Assembly (NCBI GenBank): GCA_026770705.1
Contig: JANJGN010000021.1
Location: forward strand, 47,058,001-47,122,000
Direction: 5' to 3'
Origin: Isurus oxyrinchus
Lineage: Eukaryota
DNA: 64,000 nt
Made by a program: the position numbers and the translations under genes. This document shows positions 50,421 through 62,870 of this stretch, piece by piece. Position 1 is the stretch's first letter, and each line of letters starts with the position of its first letter. The notes below the pieces were generated by a model. That model was not told the DNA's origin and made no database searches. It worked only from the letters and a program-made list of their open reading frames with translations.

Positions 50421-51026
50421 AGGAACCAAAAACAAAATTACTGGCAGCTTTCAGTAAGTTCATTAGTATTTGAACAAAGAAAAGATCTGTTAACATTTCA
50501 GGTGAGATCCTGCAACAGGCAAAGGGATGAGAAGTCCCCACCTAAAGAATCAATGTATTTTCCTCTTATAGTTGCTGACAATCCTGCAGTATATTTTGAG
50601 CTGCTTTCATTCTTGCAGAAGAAAAGGTTATCGTGCAGCTGAATGACATTCCTTAAAACAGCTGCCACTCTCCTTTGCCTTATTAGATGCTCAGTCACTA
50701 AGCTCTCCCTGTTCCTTGTCAGTTATAGTTTCCTCCTCTGTGAAGTCTAAGTTGCACCTTTTATTCTTGGAACACATTGTCTATCCATTTTGCATTAATT
50801 TCAGTCACAGCAGCATTTATAAAATGGTGAAAAGTTTCATTAGTGAACATTAACATGTGTTATCCCAGTATTTAGCATAAATTAGTATCAATTTCTCATT
50901 TTCGCTTTCTGCATTGTTCACAATAAAATGTTTCACTAGAATTAGTTGAAGTAAACAACTTATGATCATGGTGGGAAATTGGAGGGAGGCATTGGAACAT
51001 AAACAAGCTGATAATTTTGAAGTGAA

Positions 51027-51488
51027 AAGAACAAAAGACTTGCATTTATAAAGCACCTTTCACCGCCTCAGGACATCCCAAAGGAACTTTTCAGCCAATG
51101 AAGTAATTTTTACTTCACTGTTGTAATGTAAGGAAATGTAATCACCAGTATGCACAAAACAACATCTCACAAACAACAATGTGACAATAAACAGATAATC
51201 TGCTCTTTTTCTTCGAGATACCAGTTGAGGGGTAATTTTTGGCTAGGACACAGAAGAAAACTCACTTGCTCTTCATCAAAATAGTGCTAAGAATCTTTTC
51301 ACATCTACCTGAGAGGGTAGGCAGGACCTTAGTTTAATACGTCATCTGAAATATGGCACCTCTGACAGTGCAGTATACCCTCAGTACTGCACTGGAGCAT
51401 TGGCCTAGACCTTGTGCTCTGGAATAGGACTTGAACCCTTAACCCCCTGACTTAGAGATGTGAATGTTACCACTGAACTACAGCTGAC
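51027..51488 (-). mobile_element. DeuSINE/SacSINE1-like SINE, near full length
   Basis: The minus strand has B box GGTTCAAGTCC and Deu core GGTGCCATATTTCAGATGACGTATTAAAC. The antisense tail is AAAGACTTGCATTTATAAAGCACCTTTCAC. Confidence 0.8.
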
Positions 51489-52734
51489 ACTTAAGATATA
51501 TATTTCAGTTGATCCTTATAGACATCTTTACATTTCTTCAGGTGGCAATGCCTGGTTTCATCAGTTGCCCAGAGTAGAGTTTTGGCTCAGGGAGGAAAAC
51601 ATGAATATTTTCAATTTGTGGATACCTAAGAGGTCTCCCACCAAGGGCAGACCATTCTATATCATGTTTTAAAAGGAGCTCAATAAAATGTTTGATGATG
51701 AAACTCAATTGGATTTGATAGGGTTATGCATAGCCATATATAATCAAACACACTCTTCAACATTATGGCTCCAGATAATGTTAGAAGAAGTAGCTGTGAA
51801 ATGAAGCCATTAGGTAGGTTGAACTTCAGTGTTAGGAGAAATTTTCTGCTGTTTTCGCTCAGTTTCTATCAGAGATTAGGAATTAAATTTCAGGGAGTAC
51901 TCACTTGGCAGCTTACCCGTGTTTGGACACTTTCTTCAGGAAATTAAATAACTTGGAAGTGGTCTGTGACCATGCAAACTTAATGTGGCTTATGGAAGGA
52001 ACAGATATGATGGACTATGAAGATTTTCCTTTTACGCATTTGATATCTTTAGTTCTGCAGCACTATTCATTTTGATTGTTTTGTCACTATAAACACATTG
52101 AAGAGATTCAAAATTATTTTGAATAGTTGTTTTCACTGAAATTTGCTTTATTAGTATGGTCATTCACCCTGATTTTCGGGTAGTAGTTTAGGAGCTGGAT
52201 GCGGGAAATCAAGAGGAATTGGCTGTGCTGTCAGTTTTACATTTCTAACATACCAGATGCCTTAAGAAAGAATGCCCATTTTAAATGAGTGTTATGGTTG
52301 CTGATGACAAGAAACATCTTTGATGTCAGGGAAAGGGCAAAGTAATGTAAAGATAGATGTACTCTAGCTATTTCTTAACTATTTTCCCTTTGTTTTCCTT
52401 CTTCCTACTGTGTCAACTGAAAGAACTTATGCCTTTACCCCAATGCCATGTGAATCACTTTATCTGGTGTGCCTGAAACAAGCAGAGGGCCTGTGAGAAA
52501 ATGGTAGAAGGATCAGGCTGCACAGGAATCACTCTGCCCAGTACCAACAAGGTAAACTGAGCAGAAAATATATTGATTACTGCAGGTGGAGCCTCCTCTT
52601 CTCCAAAGCAAAGTGCTACAGCAAGCCCTTAAGGACATCATTATGACGTGTGACTCCCTGATTAACTGTAATATTAGATGCTCTCAGTGCCCCAGTAATT
52701 GCATTATGTGCTTCCAGTGCCAATACATGATTTT

Positions 52735-53300
52735 TCTTTAATTACTTCCCGGGAAGCAAGCATTACTAGCAGGGCCAGTTTTTGTGCAACACTGGTTGTC
52801 TGTGGGTCTTCTTCTTAAATTGTTGCCATCCATGTGGTACCCATGGTATCCACAGTGCTGTTAGTTAGGCAGTTCCGGGTTTTGATCCAGAGTTTATGAA
52901 GGAACTGAGGTTTAGGTTCAGCTTGGTATAGTGTTTGATCTTGAGTGGAATTTGCAAGTGGTGGTGTTCTCATGCACCTTCTGTCCTTGTACTTCTAGGT
53001 GGTGGAGGCTGCGCGTGAAGCTTGGTATAATGCTGCAGCACATTCTGCTGATCCACATTGCAACCATGGTGCAGGAGGTAAATAGTTAATGAAACACAAC
53101 ATATAGGGTGAGGAAGGCAAATGTTACCTTTTTAAAAATATATAAATGCTTGCTATATAGTCATCACTGGCAAGGGTGGCTTTTATTGTTTGTCCTTAGT
53201 TGCTCTGAAATCCTTTGAAGAACTTTAATGTCATTCACAGGGAAGTTAAGGCTCAACAACATTAGTGTGGGATTGGAGTAACATATGGGTCAGACTAGTT
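52735..53300 (-). mobile_element. Old CR1/L2-group family 2 3' fragments
   Basis: Degenerate antisense match to 5480-5880, with a second tail start near 53160. Confidence 0.55.
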
Positions 53301-55329
53301 ATGGCTTTAACCTATACAAAATAATGGGATTAGCAGTAATATAATAATGCTGATTGTAAAAGCTAGCCTATATTCCTCCAAAAAACTGACCTCTTAGACC
53401 ACACCATTGATTAACTCCCCTAACTCAGCAACTTCCTCTCTCTGTCCTCCTTTCTCACTCATTTCATGAAGCACTCTGGGATGTTTTACTATCTTAAAGA
53501 TGCTAAATAAATGCAAGTTCTTGTTGTGAATTAGTCATTGAAGCTATCGGATTATGTTTTCACCACATGAAATGCTGGGAATTTGATTGGTGTTTTCCAT
53601 ACTCTGTCCATTATTCTGTAAAACTGGGAAACTAATGAATTTAATATCCATGGGGATGGCCATTTCCTGCTATCAGGTTTCAGTAAACAGTGATTAAATC
53701 ATTCTAATTTTATTTTTATTGCAAGGCTCTGGGACGGGTGTTAAGAGAATCTAAATTTACGATTCATCTTTTCTTTTGTGAAAATCAGGAGAGTGTGGAT
53801 CTTATTGCATGTATAACAATGTGTGCTGTAGATGCTGCGATATGTCATAATTTTAACTATAGTGTTAATGGTCCTTCAGTGATATGAGAATCTAATTTCT
53901 CTGAAATAAATTGTAACCAGTTCTCATTCTTTTTAGATATAATGAGTAGTGCTGTCAGTTCTATTATGTTGTGCCAATTGTTACGCTATTTTGATTCTCT
54001 ACGTGTAATTTTATTTTGTATATTGTTCTTAATACTTTAGTTTAAATTAAATGTAAATTGTTCTCTAAATATTGAATTCCCCACATATTTTAACTGCATT
54101 CATTAAATTTGCTACATCATAAAACTTTCATATCCTGTGAATAAACCTCAACACACCCACTGTAGAATTACATAATTGTTACAGCACAAAAACAGACCAT
54201 TTAGCCTAACTTTTTTTAATGCCAGTGTTTATTCTCCCATTTATGCCAGTGTTTATTCTCCCATTTTATTTACTTCATTTTACCCTATACACCCTACGTA
54301 TTTTAGTATTCATATTATTTACACAATGCGACAGGAATCAAGATCCTATGCAGAGAAAAAGGGTGGTACATCACTGCAGCCTGTGAAGGTGATGCATGTC
54401 TGACATAATGTCTGTTGTCTGGGCTAATGAGGGCCAATTGTTGTTTTTGTCTGCTTTGGGGGGTCCAAATGCAAAACAAGGATTTGAATTCACATGTTCA
54501 TTCTACATATTAGGAGCAATTCTGCCATCAAACGCTCCCAGTGGTGAAGCCACCCTCACAGAGAAAGTAGGCTGGAGATGAAGCTTTGACATCCAGCTCC
54601 AGTCATTTTATTGATGGCCTACTCTTTGAAACCAACAGATTATCTTCTGCTTTGGAACATTAAAGACATGAATGCTTGTCACTGTCAACAGGTTCCAATT
54701 GGGGATGTTCCCCAACACCAACATTGTTGATAAGGCCCCATAATATGAATTATTCCTTACTTATAAAAAATCAATGGTGTAAATGTGCACAATGTTATAT
54801 AATAACTGAGCACTGGGTATGTGGATTATATACAGTTCAGGTAAATAACTTATCAGGGCAAATTTATGATGGGTTGATATCTTCCATTGTGCTGTACAAA
54901 TTGATTTTCACTCTCAGAATTTTAACAAAATCTCATGTTTAACTTATCTCCAGAAAAAGGCTAAATGGGACATATCTTTGTTGGATATATACTGAGAATC
55001 AATAATACCAGCTGCTGTCTTGTGGCATGGCTCATGAACTGATGCCACAGGACATGTGCCTGGAAGAGGCAGGTGTTGGCCAAGGCATAGGGTGAAGGTG
55101 AGTGCTAGGTTGAGTTTAGGGGAAATGGGTCGACTTACAAAAAACAGAGGAGAATGAAATAAAAATGAAGCTAAGCCCATGCTGCCTTCTCATTATTTCT
55201 GCAAACACCCTGTGCTAATCACGCTATTCATTGGCTGCATGCATCAGCACAAAATTGTAACTTCCAAGTCCGTAAAGGTAGTCTGTATTGCTTAAAGGGA
55301 AGGCTGCAGTAGGTGCTGAGAGTTGTGCA

Positions 55330-56000
55330 GGAGGTGATTTTGACATGGATAATGACAAAGCACAGGAGACAGCATGAGATATGTTTTTCCAATGCTGCAC
55401 TGGAGGTCATGGTGGAGGTGCTGGAAAGGAAGAGACTTGTCCCATATCTGAAGGGAGCAAAGAGGCTCCAGACAGAAAGACAAAAGGCAATGGGAGCAGA
55501 TAGCCATGGACATCAATGACAGGCATCTAACCTGTCTTGACTTGAATGTATTTCCACCAGAAAATCAATAGAGGATCAGTGACCCTTCACCTCTCTTCAT
55601 CCACCACTACCGCGCTCCCCACCCACCCCCATGCAATAATAGATGCAAACTGCAAGATGTTGCAAATATCATCAGCTCCAGACTGGAAGAGGAGCCAGAG
55701 GCATAAAAGTTCATCACTTTGATCACCTTCCACTGGCAATGTGATCCTTGCCTTGACTTGTGGTTGAAGTTTGTGGCTGCAGCAGTTGGCAGATTTCATT
55801 GAGGACATCCTTACCGAAAGAGAGACATCTCGCACCTTGTTCCTTACTGAGGCCTAGGTAGTTTTGCTCCCTTCACACCCTGGGTCAATACGACCTCCTG
55901 CTGAGAATCCTTCACCCTCTCCTCCCCTTTCTCTTCCAGCGGCTTGTCTTCCTTTACATGGCCATTGCTCATTCTCCCAATTATGCTATATTCTAAGAGA
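55330..56000. mobile_element. Internally deleted Harbinger: Myb exon remnant (+) abutting HARBI1-like N-terminus (-)
   Basis: The plus ORF reads FSNAALEVMVEVLERKR. The minus strand at ~55640-55810 reads EICQLLQP..QPQVKARITLPV..VMNFYASGS.FQSGADDICNILQF. Confidence 0.7.
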
Positions 56001-58146
56001 AAGACCTATTGTCCATCCATGCCTGAGAGCAACTAATTTGTGCAAAAATCTTTGAAGTCAGCAGAACTCCTTCAGCACCTGCCACACCAATCCCAGTAGG
56101 TGTTTGCAATTTGAAACAATATACTGCCATGTTCCACTACATTCTGAAGTTCAAACAATGTTTTATATTTTAAAACTTAATGGAAAAGGCTGCAAAAGAT
56201 GGCTGCCCGAGCATCACCTGACTTTGTTTATGAATTGAAACAACTCCCCTGTCTCAACAAGGGAAAAAAGGAACATTCCAGACTGTTGATGATTCAATGC
56301 TCTTTCCTGAAACTACTCCAAAATGGTATTATCAAATTGGATGGGTCATTCAAACACAAATACATTGACTATTTCAACTCTCACATTTTAAACCACAACA
56401 TATGAGTGTAATCTATGTGCACATCACCCCTTTGTTTCAAAAAAGGACTTTGAAAGTGTACAAAACACATAATGAGACAATAATGTTTCCTAAATGCTTT
56501 TAAATCAGTGAGAAGCTGCTACCGGACAGAGAGTTCCACTGAAAGTCATCAAAGTTATCTAAGCAGGCAAGGTATTAAACAACAATACCTAGAATGTGGG
56601 AGAATCTAACAGAAAGAAGACTTCTCCAACTTGTTTCAACTTCAAGTTTACCTGAGAACCAAGCTAAATTTGACTACAAGAAACTTCACAGTTGCTGAGA
56701 ATCCTTCATTTTCCAAGACCCTTGCTTCAACTTCAAAGCATCAAAACCATCTAAAAAAAACCAACACTGCCTCATGGGAGAGAGAGGCCATAAACTAGAG
56801 ACTGAGTTAAAATATGATTGTAACAGTACATTATTTTCATCTATATCTAATCATTATGTCTGTATGAATGTATATGAGATACGTGAGTGAGATGTGTTAA
56901 ATTCAGGCTATGTGTGAGAATAAATAAGTTTATTTGTTTTAAAACTCACAAAAACTTGCTGCTGGAATTATTTAATTGGGATACACACTCCAAAGGTAAG
57001 AAAATACACACCTCTTACATAAAAGCTTGCTGGTCACAGGCTGTAAAGTGAACACATAAATTCTGGCTGTGGAAATACAAAGCACCAACACTTGCAGAAT
57101 TATAGCCATAGCCAGAAAAACAATTAACAAGCAACTAACCTGTAAATAGTTGATCATTCCTTTAAATAAGACTGATGGTGGATGGCCGTTATGCTCCTTA
57201 ATGCAAATTCAGTTGTGTGAGGTTAAGAAAGGGCATTGACTGCAGCCTGAAGCTTCAAAACAGCAGTGTTGATGTCAAATTAGTGTTGTACTACTGATTG
57301 ACGGCATGATCTTCCTGCTCTGTATGCTTCTGCCGGGAGTTAGCTGCACATGCATGCATATCTTCATCAACATGACAACCAGTGTAATTCACAGCAGAGG
57401 TGTGCACATGCATACTGGACTCCATTTGGATCCCTGAATGGTGAATGTTACCAAGCCCAATTTTGTGTCCCAGGTGTCTCAACTTTGGAACGCTGCATAT
57501 GACACGACAGGTTTCTGCAGAACATTTCTGTGCCTAGGATGGTGTAATAATTTGCATTTAAAGCAATTCTATTACCAAAAGCTTTCATCTGTTCTAAGAA
57601 AGAATAGGTGTTGTCATGGCAGCTGCATCCCGGTGAAATTTCTTTTTCTACAATGTTATTAGTTAGGGTTTTTTAATGGAATATGAATGCTCAAATGGGG
57701 AGGTGGAGGGAGGATTTACATAATATGATTGGTATATGATGATAGTATAAAATAGCTCAAGTAACCAATTAGAAGGTGGAAATACAGTGATTAATCACTG
57801 AGAAAGAAGGTAATCAGCAGGCAGACCGATGATGATGATAGAGGTCACCATTCATCTGGAGGTCATGACAGACAATAAATTGTGTTCGAAAGATGGGTTT
57901 GAGCATAATTGCCCTGAATTTTTCTTCATTATATTTCTCAGTGTTTTAATGTTATTTTAATAATGGCCTTCATTGATTTCTTCATTATTTAGTGATGAAA
58001 AGATGTTAATGTTGGAAATCTGAAATTAAAACAGAAAATTGTACACATTTGTAAATTACATCTTATGTAAAAGAAATCCCTCATTACTCCCTTTATCATT
58101 AATCATTTTTTGAAAAAAAATCTTTGCAGTTATGTTAACATTATGT

Positions 58147-59550
58147 GGGGGAGAAATTAGGCTGTGTTTTTTAGGTGTTGGGTTGCAAAAATGGGGTCCA
58201 GAGTGCAACACTGATTAGATGCCACTGCTATAATTTTCAAACTTCACAGTCCAGCCCTAGCTTAATCTTAAATGCAAAATACTGCAGATGCTGGGCATCC
58301 GAAATAAAAACAGAAAGTGCTGGAAAAGCTCTGCAGCTGTAGCAGCTTCTCTGGAGAGAGAAAAAGAGTTAATATTTCGAGTCCAATATGACTTCTTCTG
58401 TTCCGAAAGTCAGATGGACTCGAAATGTTAACTCTGTTCCTCTCTCCACAGATGCCGCCAGACCTTCTGAGTTTTCCCAGAATTTTCTGTTTTTATTTTG
58501 CTCTCAATCTTGCACAGATGAACACAGGTTAATCAAAATGGTGGGTTCCCCACCAGTTCCATTTAAAGGAATCATGAACTACTTACAGGTTAGTTGTTGG
58601 ATTATTTCTTCTGTTTGCTGCTGCAATAGTCCGTGGGTTTGGAGCTTTCCAATACTTGGCTAATGTTTGAATAATCTACAGTGAGTAATTTGGCTGGTCT
58701 TAACATTGTTTTTTGTTCATTTAAAAGCTCATGCTGAAATAAGTTGCACCACCTACTCCTGTTAAGAAAGTGGGAAGCATGCTAATGAGTGTCCTGCTGT
58801 TTGTTTGGGTGAAGTGGCTTTCATGATTGAATTCCTGCCATTGTGTATGAGCTGTGAGTTGTGGATGCCAGAGTTGTAAGTGTGCTAAATGTGTGAGAGT
58901 AGAGCATATGAATTGAAGGGTTGAGTACAGTTTGATAGAAATTGTTTGTGGTGTATCGAATAGGAGCAGTGGATGAAGCTAGTGTGCAGTTAGGAGGATG
59001 TCCCATTTGAAGATGAACTCATTCACCTTAATGACTTGAGTCAGATCATTAAACTTCTTCCTGCACTGCACCCCTGTTCTTACACAACACTCCTGGCATT
59101 GACCTCTGCTGCTACTTCCTCTCACTACCCCTTGAGCATATGTCTGGAAGGCCTTCTGCTGATACAGCATGTATTTACTTCCTCTCATGTCTTGCATCAA
59201 GGCCTTCAGTGCAGTGTCTGAAGATCACAGTGTCTGCACTTTTCTATATTCAGCCGTTCCTTAAAGTATTAGAGCCCAGGTTCATTGTTCAAAGAATTCC
59301 CACCACTTCTTGCAACCGCAGTGCATCTTCCCTAGAAGAGGTGCAGACTGCCTTTGTCTAATATTAGCCATTCATGCTATCGGTCCCACTGCTAATGTGT
59401 GCCGGCAATGAAGGCAGTGTGCAATATGTAGAAATGATTTTAAGATAATGGGCAGCACCAACTTAATGTGCTACCTACAATGATGGATACAGGTAACTTG
59501 CATAGAGTGATTCCCACGTTCATTTTCAGTGTTAGCCAATTTAACCCCCA
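58147..59550 (-). mobile_element. Decayed Harbinger-type element with Myb/SANT remnant, containing a PLE fold-back
   Basis: Termini are GGGGGAGAAATT and AATTTAACCCC. The minus ORF reads RTGVQCRKKFNDLTQVIK, followed by GTGAAT. Confidence 0.65.
58274..58499. mobile_element. Short fold-back Penelope terminus
   Basis: Palindrome centred near 58400 (GAGTTAATATTTCGAGTCCA...TGGACTCGAAATGTTAACTC). The full tail is present on the left arm only. Confidence 0.75.
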
Positions 59551-59989
59551 GGAGTTTTATCAATTGATTCCTTTGTGTCTGTTGTGGTGAAATTTAGTGC
59601 TTGTAACTTTCTGACATGAAGAAATCAATAACACTCCTCCTTTCAAATGATGTTTTGCTGAGTCTTCTGACCTTTTACTTTCTCAGCACACAGGCTGCCC
59701 AAAGCACATCATTTCCCTGGATGACGTATGATTTAGTTGATCCTTTGCATTGTTTTCATTGAAACCTCACAGAGTACCAGCTAACGAAATAACCTTGACC
59801 TCCAGATGAAACAACAAATAACTAATCCTCAGGATCAAGTGCATTTGTGCAAGGTGCTTGTTGGGCCATCTTATGGAATTTCAAGGCTTGAATTTCCAAT
59901 AGCAATATAGGCAATGCTGGACTGAGCTGAAACAAATGTGAAGCTACTTCAGAGCCAGTAATTTTCATTCTCATTGCTTATGAACCCAA

Positions 59990-60450
59990 GAACATACGAA
60001 TTAGGAGCAGGAGTATGCCATTCGACCCATCGAGCCTGCTGTGCCATTCAATAAGATCATGGGTGATTTGATTCTGGCTTCAACTCCACTATCCTGCCTA
60101 CCCCCGATTTCGTTGATTTCCTTGTTAGTCAAGAACCTATCCATCTCTGCCTAAAAAATGACCCTGCCTCTACCATTCTCTGGGGAAGAGAGTTCCAGAG
60201 ACTCAACCCCTGAGAGAAAACATTTCTTCTTATCTCCATCTTAATGGGAGACCCCTTATTTTTAATCTGTGTCACCTAGTTCTGGTCTCTCCCACAAGGG
60301 GAAACATCCTTTCAGCGTTCACTGTGTCAAGCCCCCTCAGGATCTTATATGCTTCAAGAAGATCACCTCTCACTCTTAATTTCCAATAGACACATATGGC
60401 CCAGCCTGCCCAACCTTTCCTCATAAGATAACTGCCTCATGCCGGGATGC
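59990..60450 (-). mobile_element. CR1 family 1 3' fragment
   Basis: Reverse complement of the 3500-3940-type sequence. Confidence 0.85.
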
Positions 60451-61764
60451 TCACGGGTAAATGACCCAGTCATTTTTGAGACTGTTCAGTTAAGATGACC
60501 ATTTTAGATGAAAATTACCCGTGAAGTGTAATAGTCATTTTTTCAAGGTGAGTTCACTAAGTTTGCATAGTTTCAGGAGCATACTTGGACATGTGCATAT
60601 ACCCTATTGGACATGGGAGTGGAAACTGTGTAAATTAAAGAGATATAGAGGATTAAAGAGGAGGTGTGAAGAGGGGACACAAGTCATTAGATCTTTAGGA
60701 AGACAAACAGGAGAGAGTGAAGAATGATGGTCAAAATGAAGTGAAAGGAAACTTATGGTGTGGGCATGAATCTGTAGGTAATTGGTGGTGGAGTACGGAT
60801 TTCAGCCCCACCTGTCTAGCTGCTGAACTTAAACTAATGCTACATGGGGTCATGGTATAGAAGGTGGTCTTTCTTTCTGCTCCACCAGATCAAGCTCACA
60901 AATCAGCAGTACATCAAGTCTGAATCTGGAGGCAAATTCAAGGCTTCAGCTGATGAGTACGTCATTGTGTTGCCAGCCCTATACTCCAATTTAGCTGGTG
61001 GTGTCCTGGCACCAGAAGACACCAGTCTGTATTGAACTCATTGATAATTCTGACCTTCTAAAGACACTTCTTCATGGGCATTGATCGGTCACATGTGACA
61101 ATGCATGCACCTTTGGATGGTACCATCTTGACAGCTTGGCCAATTAGTTATGCTGGCTGGCCCCTTGGCATGTTTTCTTCATGCAGTACCACAGAGAACA
61201 CAACACATTGTGATTAAGAGCCATTCAAAGGAACACCTAGCATTCCAAGTATTCACATGTATCTTCCTGCATTCACATATACTGTTCAGTCTACCAGTGC
61301 ATCTTCCTTTGGAATTAGGTTTCTCTTCCTGCGCCAAAGTGAAGTAAGAGGATCTCTACCTGTAGATGAGGGATGTGGATACCAGCCTGTAGGCCCAGAA
61401 CAACTTTAATGCAGCCTGTCCAAGCTTGGATTCCCTTTACTTGTCCTGCTTTTCCTCCATAAATAAGAGATGGTGGGATTTCTATTGGGAAACCTATTCG
61501 TGGCTGAATGATTGAGGCAAAAATGCAGCAAAACAACTGGTTCAAAGGTTCATGAGAATCTAAGTGAATGCAGGCAAAAACAGAAGCTCAAGAAATGAAG
61601 AAATCTCTTAAAAATATTTAACTTAACATTACCTGACAATCCTGGACACAGTTCAAATGGGCATAGTTTATGAATTGACTTCCTGCAAGCAAGAATATAA
61701 GGAAATTAATTGCATAGTGTTGTGCTGGTGGTTTTAATATTCAAAAGAAAGTTCCAACTGAATC

Positions 61765-62630
61765 ATAGAATCACAGAGTTGTTACAGAGGCAAAGGAGGC
61801 CTTTTGGCCCATCGTGTCTGCACCAACTCTCTCAATGAGCAATTTCCTTAGTGCCATTCATCCGCCTTCACCCCATAACCCTGCATATTCTTCTTCTTGA
61901 AATAAGAATCTAGTTCCCTTCTGAATGCCTCGATTGAACCTGCCTCCACCACACTCTCAGATCTTAACCACTCACTGTGTGAAAAAGTTTTTCTCGTTTC
62001 ATTTTTGCTTCTTTTGCAAATTACTTTAAATCTGTGTCCTTTTGCTCTCAATTCTTTTGTGAGCGTGAATAGTTTCTCTGGATTTTCTGGTCCCGCCTAT
62101 GGCAGGAATCATCGCAGGTGGAACAGGAAATTTGGCGACCAGCAAAAGATCCATTGACTTCAGGCAGGATGTGGGCCCAGAAAATCCTGACCTCCCTATC
62201 TACTCTGTAAAGGCCCCTCATGATTTTGAATACCTCTGTCAAATCTTCTCTCAGCCCTCGCTTCTCCAAGGAAAATAGTCCCAACTTCTCCAATTTATCT
62301 TCCTAACTGAAGTTCCTCATCCCTACAACCATTCTCATGAACCTTTTCTGCACCATCTCTAATGCCTTTACAGCTTTCCTATAGTGAGACACCCAGTCTG
62401 GATGCAATACTCCAGCAGAGGCTAAACTAGTGTCTTATACAAGTTTAACACAACCTCCTTCCTCTTATATTCTATGCCCCTATTAATAAAGCCTAGGGTA
62501 ATGTAAGCTTTATTAACCACACCCTCTACCTGTCCTGCAACCTTTAATGATTTATGCACATATACATCCAAATCCCTCTGCTCCTGCACCTCCTTAAGAG
62601 TTGCACCCTTTATTTCGTATTGTCTCTCCA
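61765..62630 (-). mobile_element. CR1 family 1 3' fragment with a ~115-bp MITE inserted at ~62078-62192
   Basis: Minus ORFs read QRDLDVYVHKSLKVAGQV and EKLGLFSLEKRGLREDL. The insert termini are CTGGATTTTCTGG and CCAGAAAATCCTG. Confidence 0.85.
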
Positions 62631-62631
62631 T

Positions 62632-62870
62632 GGGACAGAATTTTTAGATTGGAGGGCAGGCACAATCGGCGGGTCCGGGATCAGCCGGGAATGGATCGCT
62701 GACCGCAATCGGACCCCCCACCATGATTTCATGCTGACTGGCCAAGTAACAGCCAGCCAGCTTGAAGCGCATGCCGAGAAGCTCAGCGCTGCCAGGGTGG
62801 GGGTGGGGGAGGGTGGGCACTGATGTCAGTGCGGGCATAGCCAAGCGCTGATGGAAAGCTCACTGAAGAG
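62632..62870 (+). mobile_element. Harbinger-type MITE left arm, truncating the CR1
   Basis: Starts GGGACAGAATTTTT and is CpG-rich. Confidence 0.65.

Noticed and set aside
56150-57040. Possible long solo LTR
   Set aside because: It has AATAAA and a CA end, but I could not place a TG start or TSD.
60950-60985. Hammerhead at CTGATGA (also at ~16324)
   Set aside because: No stem II followed by GAAA and no closing stem I.
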